A DNA stretch of 64,000 bases from Patescibacteria group bacterium (GCA_042568575.1 JBHPIO010000006.1:15032-79031), one strand, 5' to 3'; shown: positions 18,293 through 31,300, numbered from the stretch's first letter. Notes: generated by a model not told the origin, from the letters alone. Translations and numbers: made by a program.

Positions 18293-18913
18293 ATGGCTAA
18301 ATCATTCTACAAATCAAGACAATTCCAGACACGACTTTACGGTGGGCTTTCAATCGTCCTTCTACTAGTTATTGGGTTCTATTCATATTCAAACGTAATG
18401 AAAATGCTTGGAATGCAGGCTGAAATTGATACTCATAATCAACTTCATAGTGCTCTTGCTAATACTGAGAACAGAATTGATGAGGAGCTTTCAACTGTCA
18501 AAGAAGAAAACATTGATCTAAATCAAACTATTCAAGAAGAAAGAGATGTTGTTTTTCCAAAGGGGGAAAACCATACTGCTTTAACAAGAACTCTAGAACA
18601 ATTTGCTAACGATACTCACAGATCAAAAAATCCATTCATGATTAGTAATCTGCAGTATCAGACTCCTAAAAAATCCGAAAGTGGCGAATATATGATTCTG
18701 CCTTTTAAACTTACTATTCACTGTTCATATGAGAATTTCTTTAAGTATCTTGAATATGTAGGGAATAGTGGAACCTTGAGCGACAAGACCAGGCTTATTG
18801 ATATTCAACAAATCATTATCAATTTTGTTAGTCCTCAAGGGACGCAGGGCAACATAAGCGGACAAGACGAAATAAATTTTAATGTGTCTATGCAGGCATA
18901 TTTCCGATCTTAA
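18293..18913 (+). CDS. PilO-like type IV pilus alignment protein
   Basis: N-terminal TM, coiled coil, LPFKLTIHCSYENFFKYL..RLIDIQQI..MQAYF. Confidence 0.75.
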   Translation: MAKSFYKSRQFQTRLYGGLSIVLLLVIGFYSYSNVMKMLGMQAEIDTHNQLHSALANTENRIDEELSTVKEENIDLNQTIQEERDVVFPKGENHTALTRTLEQFANDTHRSKNPFMISNLQYQTPKKSESGEYMILPFKLTIHCSYENFFKYLEYVGNSGTLSDKTRLIDIQQIIINFVSPQGTQGNISGQDEINFNVSMQAYFRS

Positions 18914-18929
18914 TCATTAAAGAAGTTGT

Positions 18930-20372
18930 ATGCCTTCAGAAAAACTACAACAATTACAGGACGCAATTCTTGCAGGAAATATACCTCAACTGGTATTAAA
19001 TACTATTAGTTACGCTTTAGATTCCCGTTCAAGTGATATTCACATTGAGCCTCTTGAGCATACTGTTCGTGTTAGATACAGAATTGATGGTGTACTTAGA
19101 CAGATTGTGGAATATCCAACAAATATCCATCCGGCTGTAGCTTCTCGTGTAAAAATCATGTCGAATCTAAAGATCGACGAACAAAGAATTCCGCAAGATG
19201 GAAGAAGTTCTGTTTCTACAAGAGATGGTCGCGAAATGGATCTCCGTATTTCAACACTTCCAACTGTAAATGGTGAAAAGATTGTAATGCGTATTCAGGA
19301 TAAATCACGAAAAATTCCGAATTTGGATAAACTTGGACTTGAAGGAAATAGCTTAAAATTTATCGCCGATAGTATTAAGCAGCCAAATGGAATTATTTTG
19401 AATACTGGACCTACTGGTTCAGGTAAAACAACAACTCTATACTCGATCTTAAGTGACTTAAATAAGCCGGAAGTTAACATTTTAACAATTGAAGATCCGG
19501 TTGAAATCCAAATGGATGGACTTAACCAGAGTCAGGTACATCCAGATATCAATTACACATTCGCATTTGGTATGCGTACTGGGCTACGTCAAGACCCAGA
19601 CATCATAATGGTAGGTGAAATACGTGATAAAGAAACTGTTGATACCGCCATTGAGGCGTCTTTAACAGGTCATCTAGTATTTTCTACAATTCATACGAAT
19701 AGTGCCGTTGAAACGCTAACTCGTATTGATAACATGGGAGTTCAGCCGTTTTTAATGGCTTCTTCTATTGAATGTATTATTGCACAACGACTTGTACGAA
19801 AAATTTGTGAACACTGTAGAGTTGAAGAAGAAGTTGATCCACACTTGCTTGAACACGTAAAACTTGTTTCCGGCAAAATTCATAAAAGTGAAGGAGTTGA
19901 TCCCGCTTTACTACAAGGATTGAAATTTTATAGAGGTCAGGGATGCGAAAAATGTGACAATGTCGGATATTCAGGCCGAGTTGGACTTTACGAAGTAATG
20001 AAAATGAATAATGAACTTCGAAGAGCTGTTCTAAAACGAACTAGTGCTCTTGAAATTGAAGATATAGCTATTAGAACCGGCATGATAACTCTTGAACAAT
20101 CCGGAATTATTAAAGCATTAAAAGGAGAAACCAGTTTGAATGAGGTTTATAGAGTAGCAAGAAAAATGGAAGATGCAGATGTTAGAACAGCCAGTGAACC
20201 ACCTGCGGAGCAAGCTCCCGCAGAGCCAGAGCCACAGCCAGAACCAGAACCAGAACAAAATCCAGTTAATCAATTAATTGCTGAAGCTGGTGTTCCAGGT
20301 GAACCTGCTAAGCCAAAACCTCAAGCAGGCGTTCCAGGTGAACCTGCAAATCCCGAACAACCAACAACTTAA
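18930..20372 (+). CDS. pilB: Type IV pilus assembly ATPase PilB/GspE family
   Basis: SDIHIEP, RIPQDGR, GPTGSGKTTT, EDPVE, LRQDPD..GEIRD, TGHLVFSTIHTN and a tetracysteine motif. Confidence 0.93.
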   Translation: MPSEKLQQLQDAILAGNIPQLVLNTISYALDSRSSDIHIEPLEHTVRVRYRIDGVLRQIVEYPTNIHPAVASRVKIMSNLKIDEQRIPQDGRSSVSTRDGREMDLRISTLPTVNGEKIVMRIQDKSRKIPNLDKLGLEGNSLKFIADSIKQPNGIILNTGPTGSGKTTTLYSILSDLNKPEVNILTIEDPVEIQMDGLNQSQVHPDINYTFAFGMRTGLRQDPDIIMVGEIRDKETVDTAIEASLTGHLVFSTIHTNSAVETLTRIDNMGVQPFLMASSIECIIAQRLVRKICEHCRVEEEVDPHLLEHVKLVSGKIHKSEGVDPALLQGLKFYRGQGCEKCDNVGYSGRVGLYEVMKMNNELRRAVLKRTSALEIEDIAIRTGMITLEQSGIIKALKGETSLNEVYRVARKMEDADVRTASEPPAEQAPAEPEPQPEPEPEQNPVNQLIAEAGVPGEPAKPKPQAGVPGEPANPEQPTT

Positions 20373-20378
20373 TTCATT

Positions 20379-21641
20379 ATGAAGAAAGCTAAAGAATTTG
20401 CACAAAAAACGGCTGGAGAAGTTTTCTCATTAGATACTGCTGAAGATCTTGCAATATCAGAACAGGAAAAGATCGTTTTGAATATTGGCAGAAGTAAAAA
20501 GAAAATCGGCCTTCGCAAAAAAGAAGGTACAGAAAAATCAGGAAATTTTCTCTTGGATACATACAAAAAGATTAATGATGCGATGATCAACTTAAATAAG
20601 GTTAAGTTGCCGACTAAAGCAACCTTTTTCAGGCTTTTAGCTGTTATGGTTGATGCCGGAATTCCTATCATAAGATCGCTTCATACACTTGCAGAACAAA
20701 ACAAAAAAATACCTAAATTTCAAAGGATAATCACTGAAATGGCATATAAAATTGAAGAAGGAGAAAGTCTTTCAGGTGCTATGGATCAATATCAGGATGT
20801 ATTTTCCGAAGCTGAAATAGGAATGATTAGAAGTGGTGAAGTTTCTGGTCATTTAAATGATATCCTACGCAATTTAGCGCATGATACAGAGAAAAACTCG
20901 AAGACAGTATCCAAGGTAAAAGGAGCACTTACATATCCAGTAGTGGTTCTTGTTATCCTATTTATAGTTTTATTTTTGATGATGGTGATGGTTATCCCTC
21001 AAATAACTAAATTATTTACTCAAACAGGAAACGCATTACCACTAATCACACAAATTGTTATTAATATTAGTGATTTCCTTCGTAATAACGTTCTTCTTCT
21101 TATTGGAGGTGTCGTTGCGTTTGGAATAGCATTCTCTTTTTGGATTAGAACAAAAATAGGTAAATATTATTGGCATGTATTCCTTTTGCATATGCCGATT
21201 ATTGGCGTACTGGTAAGGAAATCTACACTTGCGCAATTTGCTCGAACTTTGGGAAATTTGCTTGGAAGTGGTGTCTCAATCATTCAATCAATGAGTATTA
21301 TTTCCAATGCAATGAATAATGAAGTATATAAACGTAAGATAAAATTCGCTGGAGATGACCTTAGAGGAGGTATTCCTCTCGCAGAAACACTTCAGAATCC
21401 TAAATATTTCCCAATAATGTTCGTAAATATGATTGAAGTTGGGGAACAAACAGCCCAACTTGAGAATGTTTGTAAAAGACTTTCTGATTTTTATGATGAG
21501 CAGGTTGATTTGGCTGTAAAAAGCCTTACAAAAGTCATCGAGCCAATTATTATGATATTTGTAGGTGCGACTGTCGGTGGGCTAGTTGCAGCTATTATGC
21601 TTCCAATTATGTCTCTTGCTACTGTTGCTGGAGGAATTTAA
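20379..21641 (+). CDS. pilC: Type IV pilus inner-membrane platform PilC/GspF family
   Basis: Two T2SSF repeats (GEVSGHL..., ALTYP; GEQTAQL, IEP) and three TM helices. Confidence 0.93.
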   Translation: MKKAKEFAQKTAGEVFSLDTAEDLAISEQEKIVLNIGRSKKKIGLRKKEGTEKSGNFLLDTYKKINDAMINLNKVKLPTKATFFRLLAVMVDAGIPIIRSLHTLAEQNKKIPKFQRIITEMAYKIEEGESLSGAMDQYQDVFSEAEIGMIRSGEVSGHLNDILRNLAHDTEKNSKTVSKVKGALTYPVVVLVILFIVLFLMMVMVIPQITKLFTQTGNALPLITQIVINISDFLRNNVLLLIGGVVAFGIAFSFWIRTKIGKYYWHVFLLHMPIIGVLVRKSTLAQFARTLGNLLGSGVSIIQSMSIISNAMNNEVYKRKIKFAGDDLRGGIPLAETLQNPKYFPIMFVNMIEVGEQTAQLENVCKRLSDFYDEQVDLAVKSLTKVIEPIIMIFVGATVGGLVAAIMLPIMSLATVAGGI

Positions 21642-21670
21642 TTTACACGGAGTTTTCATTGTTGTATAAT
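21642..21670 (+). promoter_or_regulatory. Dedicated promoter for the pilin gene
   Basis: TTTACA-17bp-TATAAT right after the pilC stop. Confidence 0.65.
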
Positions 21671-21711
21671 TGATCAATGAAAAAACTAATAATATAAATA
21701 ACCAAGCTTCT

Positions 21712-22221
21712 ATGAAACTGAAAAAAGGTTTCACCCTGATCGAATTACTTATTGTAATTGCGATTATCGGTATCCTCTCCGCAGCGTTGCTTCCAACAAT
21801 CTTGAACGCACCCGCAAAAGCAAGAGACAGCGCTAGGATTCTTAATATCAGCTCTCTTGCAACAGCAATTGAATCATATAACGCTGACCAAGGTGGTTAT
21901 CCTGCAACAGCAGGTTGTTTGGACGGATCAAACGCGTTTAAAGATGTAGCAGCAGATTACTTCTCTGGTGGTATATCTGGTATCCCTCTAGATCCTTCTG
22001 GGGCAAGAACAGCACTTGCAGGTACAGATGCTGTGTCAGTATGTGCTAAAGCAGGAAATTATTATTATACTCCTGTAGCAAGCACTTATGGACAGTATGC
22101 AATTTCAGCAGCTATGGAATTAGCCCAAAACAATAATTCTGGAGCAGCTCCTGCGGCAACTGGAGACCCTATTACAGCATGTGCTGCAAGTGGATGTATT
22201 GTATTCATACAAGTTCAGTAG
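21712..22221 (+). CDS. Type IV pilin (probable major pilin)
   Basis: Class III signal MKLKKG|FTLIELLIVIAIIGIL, KARDSAR and four Cys. Has its own promoter and terminator. Confidence 0.92.
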   Translation: MKLKKGFTLIELLIVIAIIGILSAALLPTILNAPAKARDSARILNISSLATAIESYNADQGGYPATAGCLDGSNAFKDVAADYFSGGISGIPLDPSGARTALAGTDAVSVCAKAGNYYYTPVASTYGQYAISAAMELAQNNNSGAAPAATGDPITACAASGCIVFIQVQ

Positions 22222-22240
22222 AGAAATCACACATTTAATT

Positions 22241-22282
22241 AGCCGGTTTATCGCTGCAAGCAGCCTTAATCCGGCTTTTTTG
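22241..22282 (+). terminator. Intrinsic terminator after the pilin gene
   Basis: AGCCGG...CCGGCT stem with an inner GCTG/CAGC stem, followed by a T-run. Confidence 0.65.
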
Positions 22283-22338
22283 ATAATGATTCCTAAATAA
22301 CACAACATTTCCATTGTTTTGCAGCTCATCAGAGCTGT

Positions 22339-22365
22339 CTTTTTTGGCTTTTTTATGCTAAAATA
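22339..22365 (+). promoter_or_regulatory. Extended -10 promoter of the giant gene
   Basis: TGGCTTTTTTA-TGC-TAAAAT-A. The same 21-mer occurs at 60139-60159 on the minus strand. Confidence 0.65.
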
Positions 22366-22398
22366 TATAGATATTTAAGAACGTGTAAAGAGACAAAA

Positions 22399-25300
22399 AT
22401 GGCAAAAAAATACAAAAACAAAATTTCGAAGCTAATCGCGGGACTATTAATTCCGGTAATACTTGGCGTTCAACTCTTAAACGTCCCTATTGCAAGCGCG
22501 CAATTTGGAAACAATCAACCAAGCGAACCAACAGAAGTAACTTCACTAATAGCTGTTCTAGTTCAAGACAGCCTTCTTGAAGACAACCAACAATACCCAG
22601 GGCTAACATCCGACTACGCTGGATACCTGGATGAATTAACTCTTCGCGATCGTATTTACAGATATGCAAGAGACGCACAACTGTCTCAACCATTTACTCG
22701 TTCTGTTATCTTACGCGTTTCAGAAAATCAAAGTCCTGTGGAAATTTCACAGGCACTTGAAACTCTATATTTTAAAGGCGACGGAAAAGATGAGCTTCCA
22801 AGTCAGCTCGATGGAGTAATTGTTGTTGGAGATGTTCCTCTTCCTGTCGTAAATAAAAATGGATATCGATTTGTGAGCTTATTTCCATATACAGATTTTG
22901 AAGAAAAGGCATATATCTACAATGCACGTTCAAATGAATTCGAAAGAAATGAAGATATACTCTTCCCAAGAGTTGAAAGCTGGCATGGAGTAATCAATCC
23001 ACCAGAACTTGAAGTAGACACAGCCAGTGCACTTGCTGGCTACTTTGATAAGAATCACTTGTTCCACATCGGCCACGAAGATTTCATTAACGATGATGCG
23101 CCTGACCTATTGCAATGCCCAACTGCTGGACTAGATTGTTACAAATATAACCGCAAACTTTTATTTGCCGATATTTACTGGGAACAGGAATTGATAGATA
23201 AAGATTCATTGCCAAGATACGAGAACTACACAAAGTACCTGGAAGATATTTCATATATGAGATTCACCAAGACTTTCTTGCGAGAACTTGCAGGTGTTGG
23301 TGGCGAAGGAGAAGGCGACGGCCTTGATGATGATCTTGATGGATTTATAGACGAAGATCTTGAAAATGGCATCGACGATGATGGCGATGGACTGATTGAT
23401 GAAGATGCCGGAACTAATCCTGAGAATCTTGATGAAGAAACGGCAGCACTTTTTGATACTCTGCCAGATGTTCTTTCTAGGAACATTATTCTTTCATACG
23501 CAATGAAGTATCCTGAACTACTTAGAAACTACATTCAAACTTCAAACGATCTTGTTGAGGGAATTAGTCGATACAATGAATACGACTCCCCTGTTGCTTT
23601 GATCGCAATTAAAGATTTGCATGCGCAGGAGTATTTACGAAAGGTCAATGATGCTCTTGAAAAAAGAGTAGATGAAATAGTTGATGAGCTGCAAGATCCA
23701 ATTCCTATAATTGAAGAAGCAGAGATTACTGGAGAAATTACATTCGAGAATAATAATACAGCGAGCCTATCAACATATAATTTTACTAATTATTCAAAGA
23801 AGCTATATAACGATCCTGATTTAGGAGTTCGTGATGTTGTCTACTTTAACGGAAAATCAGCACTTGAACTTGAAACCGCACAGGAATGTACGCTTTTCAG
23901 AGGTAGCAATGCTACAGATGACTTGGTTGGACAGGTTATTGAGGCAAATCGTGTCTATCATCGAGAAACCGCTGACTCCAGTGTAGACAATACAGGATAC
24001 TCCACTTGTTTTGGAGAAAACACAGATACACCCGAGCGTTGTTTCCCAGAAAAAGCCGAAAAAGATTTGTTTGATTTAATGGGGACTCACATTCGCGAAG
24101 ATGTTCCAGACAGCGCATTAACATATGCAGGCTGTTACGACTTTAGAGAGGAAGCAAGATTTAATCAGTACATGCTAGAAGTTAATGGATATCTTCTTGC
24201 CTTGGCTACCGCGCTTACGGAAGAAGAGAAAGATTTAATTGCTCTTCCTGGTGATAAGCATTTGCCGGCAGAAGACATAGTTTTATATACAAATCCAAAT
24301 ATCACATTAAAAGACCTTCTGGATCTTTACGGAGGTTATGATGTTAAAGACAATGATGGTGACGGCGAAATCGATGAAGCTGATGAATACTCATTAAGTT
24401 ATCGAATTGACGATGATGACTGGTATTCAATTGGTCGCGATATTCTTGGGAATAGAAAAACTCATTTTATTATTGATGATCCTCCATTTCTTGGAATTAA
24501 ACAGATTGATATCACAATCAATCAAATAAAAGGTGTGGAACTTAAACCAGCTGACGCAACTCATGCTTTTCCGTATATCGGAGTTTCTGAGGTTCCAAGT
24601 ATCACATATCACAAAGAACCTACACTTGAAACAATACAACAGCAGCTTGAAGCTGGTTTTATAGATGCACTCCCTGCGGACAATCCAAGGTATGTTGCGT
24701 TCCAGGATCAGGACGGCAAATTGCAAAAGATAATTTATCCAAATACTTTTAAAAGCACTTCAGGCGAAGACTTCGTGCAGTCTCTAGTAGATCTTGAGGA
24801 GTACCTAGTAAATCTCCCTGGTGCAGACCCAACTGATATTGAAGGAAAACTAGCAGAAGTTATCGAGGAAGAAGAAAACTTGTATGAAGATATTGAAGAG
24901 AACGTGCTGCTATACACTTCACAAGGAATGGTGACTGAAGCGGTTGATTGGATTAATCTTTCAATTGATAAAAAACATGCATACGCGATCAGCGCATATA
25001 TGGATCGCGACACCGATGCATTTATTGGAGACGAAGATGTTGATTATGAATACTTATACTTTGTTTCTGACGGAAAGGCCGACGAGATAGAGTTTGCGGT
25101 AAATAAAGATGCTCAAGTAGTGGACAGAGATTCTGAATGGTTAGATCCCGAAGCACAACTTGACCCAGAAGCTGCAGAAGAAGAGGAAGAGTCGGGTGGA
25201 GGTGAAGCTATTAACTTCCTTGTATGGCTGCCTTACTTAGTTGAATACCTCGATGAACTTGCGAGCCTAACAAGTGCAAGCGGCTTTACTGCTTCTTGTG

Positions 25301-28300
25301 GAGAATTCGGTGGTGGAAGTAACCTAGGAGACTTCTTACTTGGACTTGATAGCGATGGTGACGGAATCCTTGATAGCGAAGATGCGAATCCAAACAGTAT
25401 TGATGCTGATGGAGATGGTGTACCGGATGGAGCCGAGGCAACATCTGTAATTCAATTAACATTCCAAGATGGAGCAAGCACTGTTCCTTTTGATTCAACA
25501 GATAGTTACACAGTTACGGCAACTGCACTTGATGCATTTGGAGATAGAGTTCTAACAGATTCATTTACTCAGGTAGCATTTGATATTGTTCAGCCAGAAA
25601 TTGGACAACGTGCAGAGTTAGCAGGCGCAGACACTTTAAACCTTGTCGCAGGACAAGCAGTCTTCTCAATAAGGCCTACGGGCACTCCTGGAGACTTCTC
25701 GCTTATAGGACATACTACAAACAGACCAACAACTATAGTTTCGAATACACTGGTGATAACAAGCGACGAAAAGAGCGTTCGTATATTAACTTACAAAATG
25801 GAAGTAGTTGAGCCGCCTACATATACTCAAGAGGTTCTACAAAATTATATTGTTAAAGATGAGAATGGAAACGATATTGCTGAAATTGATTCGGACACAG
25901 GAAAGATTATGATTAAAGATAGTGCGTACGAGACAGAAGTATTCGAGTCTCTACCTTCGAGGCCAATGAGAATAGGGATTATTGAGATTCAATCAGGAAA
26001 CATTATTGCCAGCGTTGTGATTATTTCAAATGAGATCGCAACACCTGAGATCCATGAAAGTTCGTATAGTTTTGAAGACAATGCACTGCAGCTTGAAGGA
26101 CTTCATGTAAAAGATGTAAGCAACAGCCCTTATATTCAAGCATATGCACAGGAGAGTACTGGCGATTCCCCTGCTCCGGTTTATATTCTTGAAAACAGTG
26201 GAATCTTTTCTAAACGAATTGCGAAGCTAACTCCGGAAGGAAAAGTATTTGTTGCAGATGAATATTTCATTCAAATAAAAAACGGAAACGATACTAAAGC
26301 GCCTTATATTTTTGAGATAGTAGATTCTAATGGCGCAAAGCTTATTGAGTTTTATATCGGATATGGCCAGGGCAGCCTTGAAATCCTTGAGGAAACAGAT
26401 CAGCTCGAAGAGTTCAATCTGATTAGTTCGGCAATTAAATACTTATTTCCGAAAGCGTTTGCCCAAAGCAGCCTTACAGATGATACAGACAATGATGGCC
26501 TAACTGATATCGAAGAACTCTTTATCGGAACTGACCGTATTATTTCTGATAGTGACGCTGATGGATTTGATGATGGTGAGGAAATCCAGGCAGGTTACGA
26601 CCCAATAAGGAAAGATGCAGAGCTATTTACTGATCTTCCAAAAGATCATCCAGCGCACGATGCATTTATGCAGCTACTGCTTAGAGGAACTATTTCACGA
26701 ACTGATGACGGGAAGATTAGACCAGATGATTTAATTACACGTGAAGAGTACGTTCAAATGGTACTTGGAATTACTTGTGTTAATTGCTGGTCGTTCTCGG
26801 ATCAAACAAAACAGAATGTTCAAAATACTTATAATTCGAGTCCATTCCCGGATACAGATATTTCAGAAACATATTTATACTGTGTTGAAGAGTCAAAGAA
26901 TCAGGGAATTGTTAGCGGATATGCAGAAGGTGCAGATGCTGGGTACTTTAAGCCTACATATGAGATAAGCCGTGCGGAAGCAATTAAGGTTATTCTTGAA
27001 GCGGCTGAACTAGACAGCTCGACATATTACGATGCTAGCAAACCGTGGTACTACCATTACGCATTAAAGGCTCAGGAAGAAAATATTTTCCCTGAACAAA
27101 CAAGCGAGCAACTACTTGCAGTCACTTATGCTTCAACGGATGACTTTAAAGTGTGGGTGGACAATCAACTATTAACGACAAACAATTTCTTCGAACAATG
27201 GATGATGGCGTCTGTAACGAGATCTGAATTTGCATTAATGGTTCGAAATGTAGTTGAAACATTCGATTGCTACAACGAAGACAAAGATGGCGATGGCCTT
27301 CCAGATAATCTTGAGTTGTATCAATACAATACTGCAGCAGACAATCCGGATACTGACGGCGGTGGTCTTGATGACTTATCCGAAGTTCTTGAAGGAAAAG
27401 ATCCTTTTAATCCTGATGACGATTTAATTTACGATAGCGACAAGGACGGCATGACAGATGAGTGGGAAGAAACTTACGAACTTGATCCTTTTGATCCTGC
27501 AGATGCATATTTTGATGACGACTTGGATGGCTTAATTAATCTGCATGAATACGAACGTGACACAAATCCACTTGATCCAGATACTGACGATGGAGGCATT
27601 TCCGATGGCGACGAAGTGTGGCTACAGTCTACTGATCCTTTAGATGGATCTGACGACATTGGAGATTTCTTACTTGAAGCAGGTGTCTATGCAGTAGGAG
27701 CAAACATAGAAAGGGATGTTGTTTTTGAGACTATAGTCGCAGGCGAGGAAGAAGAAGTTCCTGTCTATATCGACAATATGCCGGCAGACGGAGAGTCAAC
27801 TTTATTTCTTACGGCAGAGATTGTTGATGGCAATGGCGACATTATTACAAGTGACAACAGTAGCGTAGTTGAATTTATTATTCGATCTACGTCGACAACT
27901 AATTCAGAAATTGAACAGACAAAGGTTCGAGTAAATGAAGGTGTTGCTATTACGCAAGTTACTTCAAACATTAAAGCAGGACTTGTGGACATTGATGCAA
28001 GAATTCTCAACAATGAGCATCCCGTTGAAATCCACAATGTCTATATTGAACCTCTTGAGCCAGTTGAGATGGAGGTTGTTGCGGCTTCACCTGTAATCAA
28101 GACAGGTGGACTTTCTAAGACACCTCTTGCAATTAGTCTATATGACGAACATGGAAACATAACTAACAATGACTTCTTTGAAGTTACAGTAAAGACAGAG
28201 GGGCCTGGTGAACTTGATAAGTCTGTGGACACAAACCCAGATCAAGAAGGAATCCAGTTGCAATCATATGAAGGCGTGTTTAATGTCGACCTTTATTCAA

Positions 28301-31300
28301 CCGATGTTGAAGGAGAGGTTGATGTAACTGCTAGTCTCGCGAAAGATGTTGAAAACTATGAAACAGAGGAGATCACTGTTACGTCTTTATCGTTAACAGC
28401 TAATGCAACTGTCTCGACAAGGGAAGATATCGCTATTGTGTTTGAGGCTGATAAAGATTTTGTTGTGGCAAATGGAGAAGACATTATAACTCTTCGAGCA
28501 CAGGCAGTTGATAGTAGCGGAGATCCTATTGAAGGATTCAATCAACAAATCGTATTTAAAACTTCTAATGATTCTGCTGGTGGGTTTATTGACGAGACAG
28601 TTCAAAATCTTATTGATGGAGACTCGCAAATTAGATTTATGTCGTCAACGAAAGTTGGACCACTAGAGATATCAGCAACAGCTTCTGGGGTTGATCCTGG
28701 TTCTGCTGTAATTCCAATGTTGGCAGGTGACGCATATGAAGTTCGTCTAATTCCAGACGAAGCAACTTTTGATGCATCACCTCTTAACAATGTAAGAGTT
28801 GAAGCGAGCGTTTACGACAAGTATGGAAATTTTGTCGACTATGAGGATACTATCCAGATTAGCTTCAGAGTTACTCAGGCTACAGAAAAGTATGCCGAAG
28901 TTGTAAGTGACGAGATTGTTGTGACAGATAATGGAACTGCAGAGGTATTCCTGTCTGGAAAGAAAATTTCCGGACCAGTGAATTTAGTTGCCTCAGCAGA
29001 TGGATTAATTTCTGGAACCTTAAAACTTGAAACAGTCAGCAAAGTTACTGGCGAGGATCTTGTTGGAGATTATCCAGAAGTACTTTATGCAACAATGCTT
29101 GGAGGACCATTCGGAGACACTCAGAATAAAAACCATATCGGTGGAGAGTTATTGTTTGCAGGAAAAACACAGGCAGTGACATCGACAACAACACATCCAA
29201 AACCACCTAAGCCGCTGATACATGTGCAAACAAGTGGAGGCATAGACATCTTAGATGAGGCTCAAGTGTCCACAGAGTTTATTGCAGCTAATGGAAACTT
29301 CACGCCTAACAGAGTACTTATTCAGGACCCTGACTTCCAGGAGAACCTTGCGGAAGTGTACTTTGTCTATCCATCGGATATGTCCATGGTTCATCAAAAG
29401 AATTCGTACAACGAGATACTTCAAGAAGGAATTTTTGTTAAACAAATAACTGATAGTGAAGAATACGATGTTGCTTTGAAACTGGATTCGATTAGCATAA
29501 CTCACAATGGAATCGAGGCGGTTACTATTAATAACACTGGAAACCTACAACTACATGACAACCTGATAGACATTTCTATCAATGATGCGGACTCCCCTTT
29601 CCTTGCTTTATCAATTAAGCGTGGGGACGAAACGATTGCAGATGTTGTGTTTGCTCAAAACCTTAATGCAGATGTGCAGATAGTTGATGCTGATTTCGAA
29701 TTCCAAGTTGGATACCCTTATCAGCCTGGAATTTATATTAAACCTCTAACAAGGCTTCCGCAGTATGAAGTGGAGCCGGCGTACTCAGGTTATTCGACTC
29801 ATCTTCCGAAGGGAGCCCAGATTGTTAATACTGATCTTGAGATACCTCAGGAGCAGGCTCCTGGTTTCTCTTACTCTTCATTTGCAAAAGCACTTGATGA
29901 ACAGGGAGTAGGATTTGATGGTGATAATAAGCACGGACTATTCTTCGCAGGAGGAAATAACGTTGGAGTTTCTAACGAACCATACTCATCTGAAATTGGA
30001 ATTAACCTTGGAGACCCAACAGTTCGAATTCAAAACGAAGATCTTGCAGGCGTTTCTGGATACACTAAAGACATTGGACAACCGCTTTTCTACGGTGACG
30101 AGCCAGTACAAGAAATCATGCTTGCAGACTACAATAACGACACCCTTGAAGACATCTTATTAGCATATGAAAGTGGCGAAATAAGACTTTTACAAAACCA
30201 GCTTTCAGCAGATCAATTCAACAATAAAGGGCTACTTCTAAACATTGCGAATGGAATTTACAGTGCCGGAAGTGGCGACTTTAACAACGATGGTTATGAC
30301 GACATCGTCGTAGCTACAAAAGAAAGTTGTGTTGGCAAGGAGGTTTGTATAGATCTATATGTTAATAACGGTGGACAGTTCGATCGAATAAATCTCGACC
30401 TTGATCTAGAAGATAAAATATCAGACCTGGAGGTTGGCGACATGAACAATGACGACTTTGCAGACATTGTGATTGCAGACTTCTCAGGAAACATAAAAGT
30501 TTACTACAACAATTTTGGTGAGATAGATCCTGAAGGACAAATTTTAGACAATCTAGGAATCAGCGTAGACAAGAACGCAGACCTCAAACATGAAGTACTA
30601 ATTAGATATTTTGGAATGATTCAGGAAGACCCTGATTCTTACGAAGACGACTTTAATTACAAAGCGCTTGAGCTTCGAACAGGAGCCCCAGAAGCTAATC
30701 CACATATTAGCGCATCCGACCAAGCAGCACTTGAAGAGCTTGGTGCAAACGAAGAAGATTTCGCAACTGCAGAAACTCTTATGTTCATATACATGGATTC
30801 TGATCCTGTATTTGGAACTGCAGATTCAAGCAAGAAGGCAGTGGATGTAAACGGTTCAACATTAACAATGGAAGATAAGGTCGTTTACACAATCACTCTA
30901 TCCAACACAACTGCAGCCGATATTGAGGATGTCATGATTAACGACATCATGCCGGACATGTTTGATTTTGATCCTGAAAGCATAAGCTGTCTAAACTGCG
31001 GAGATGATGAAATAGAAGTAATAGAATCTGGATTAAGCCTAAGACCATTCGTGGTTAGTGGGATTAATATCCCTGCCGGCGAATCAAGAATTATCACATA
31101 TGAGATTGAAACTATTTCCGTTCCAAACGTTTCGATTGAATTAAATAAAAATTATGACCAACCGTTTATTCAAGATTCATATTTTGATATAAGTGCTAAT
31201 CCTGAAGGTAACAATTCAGGCAAACTCGTATTCTTCTATTCAGTAAGCCAAGACACAGAAACAGGAAGAATGTCTTATGCAACACATGTTGCAGAAGCTG

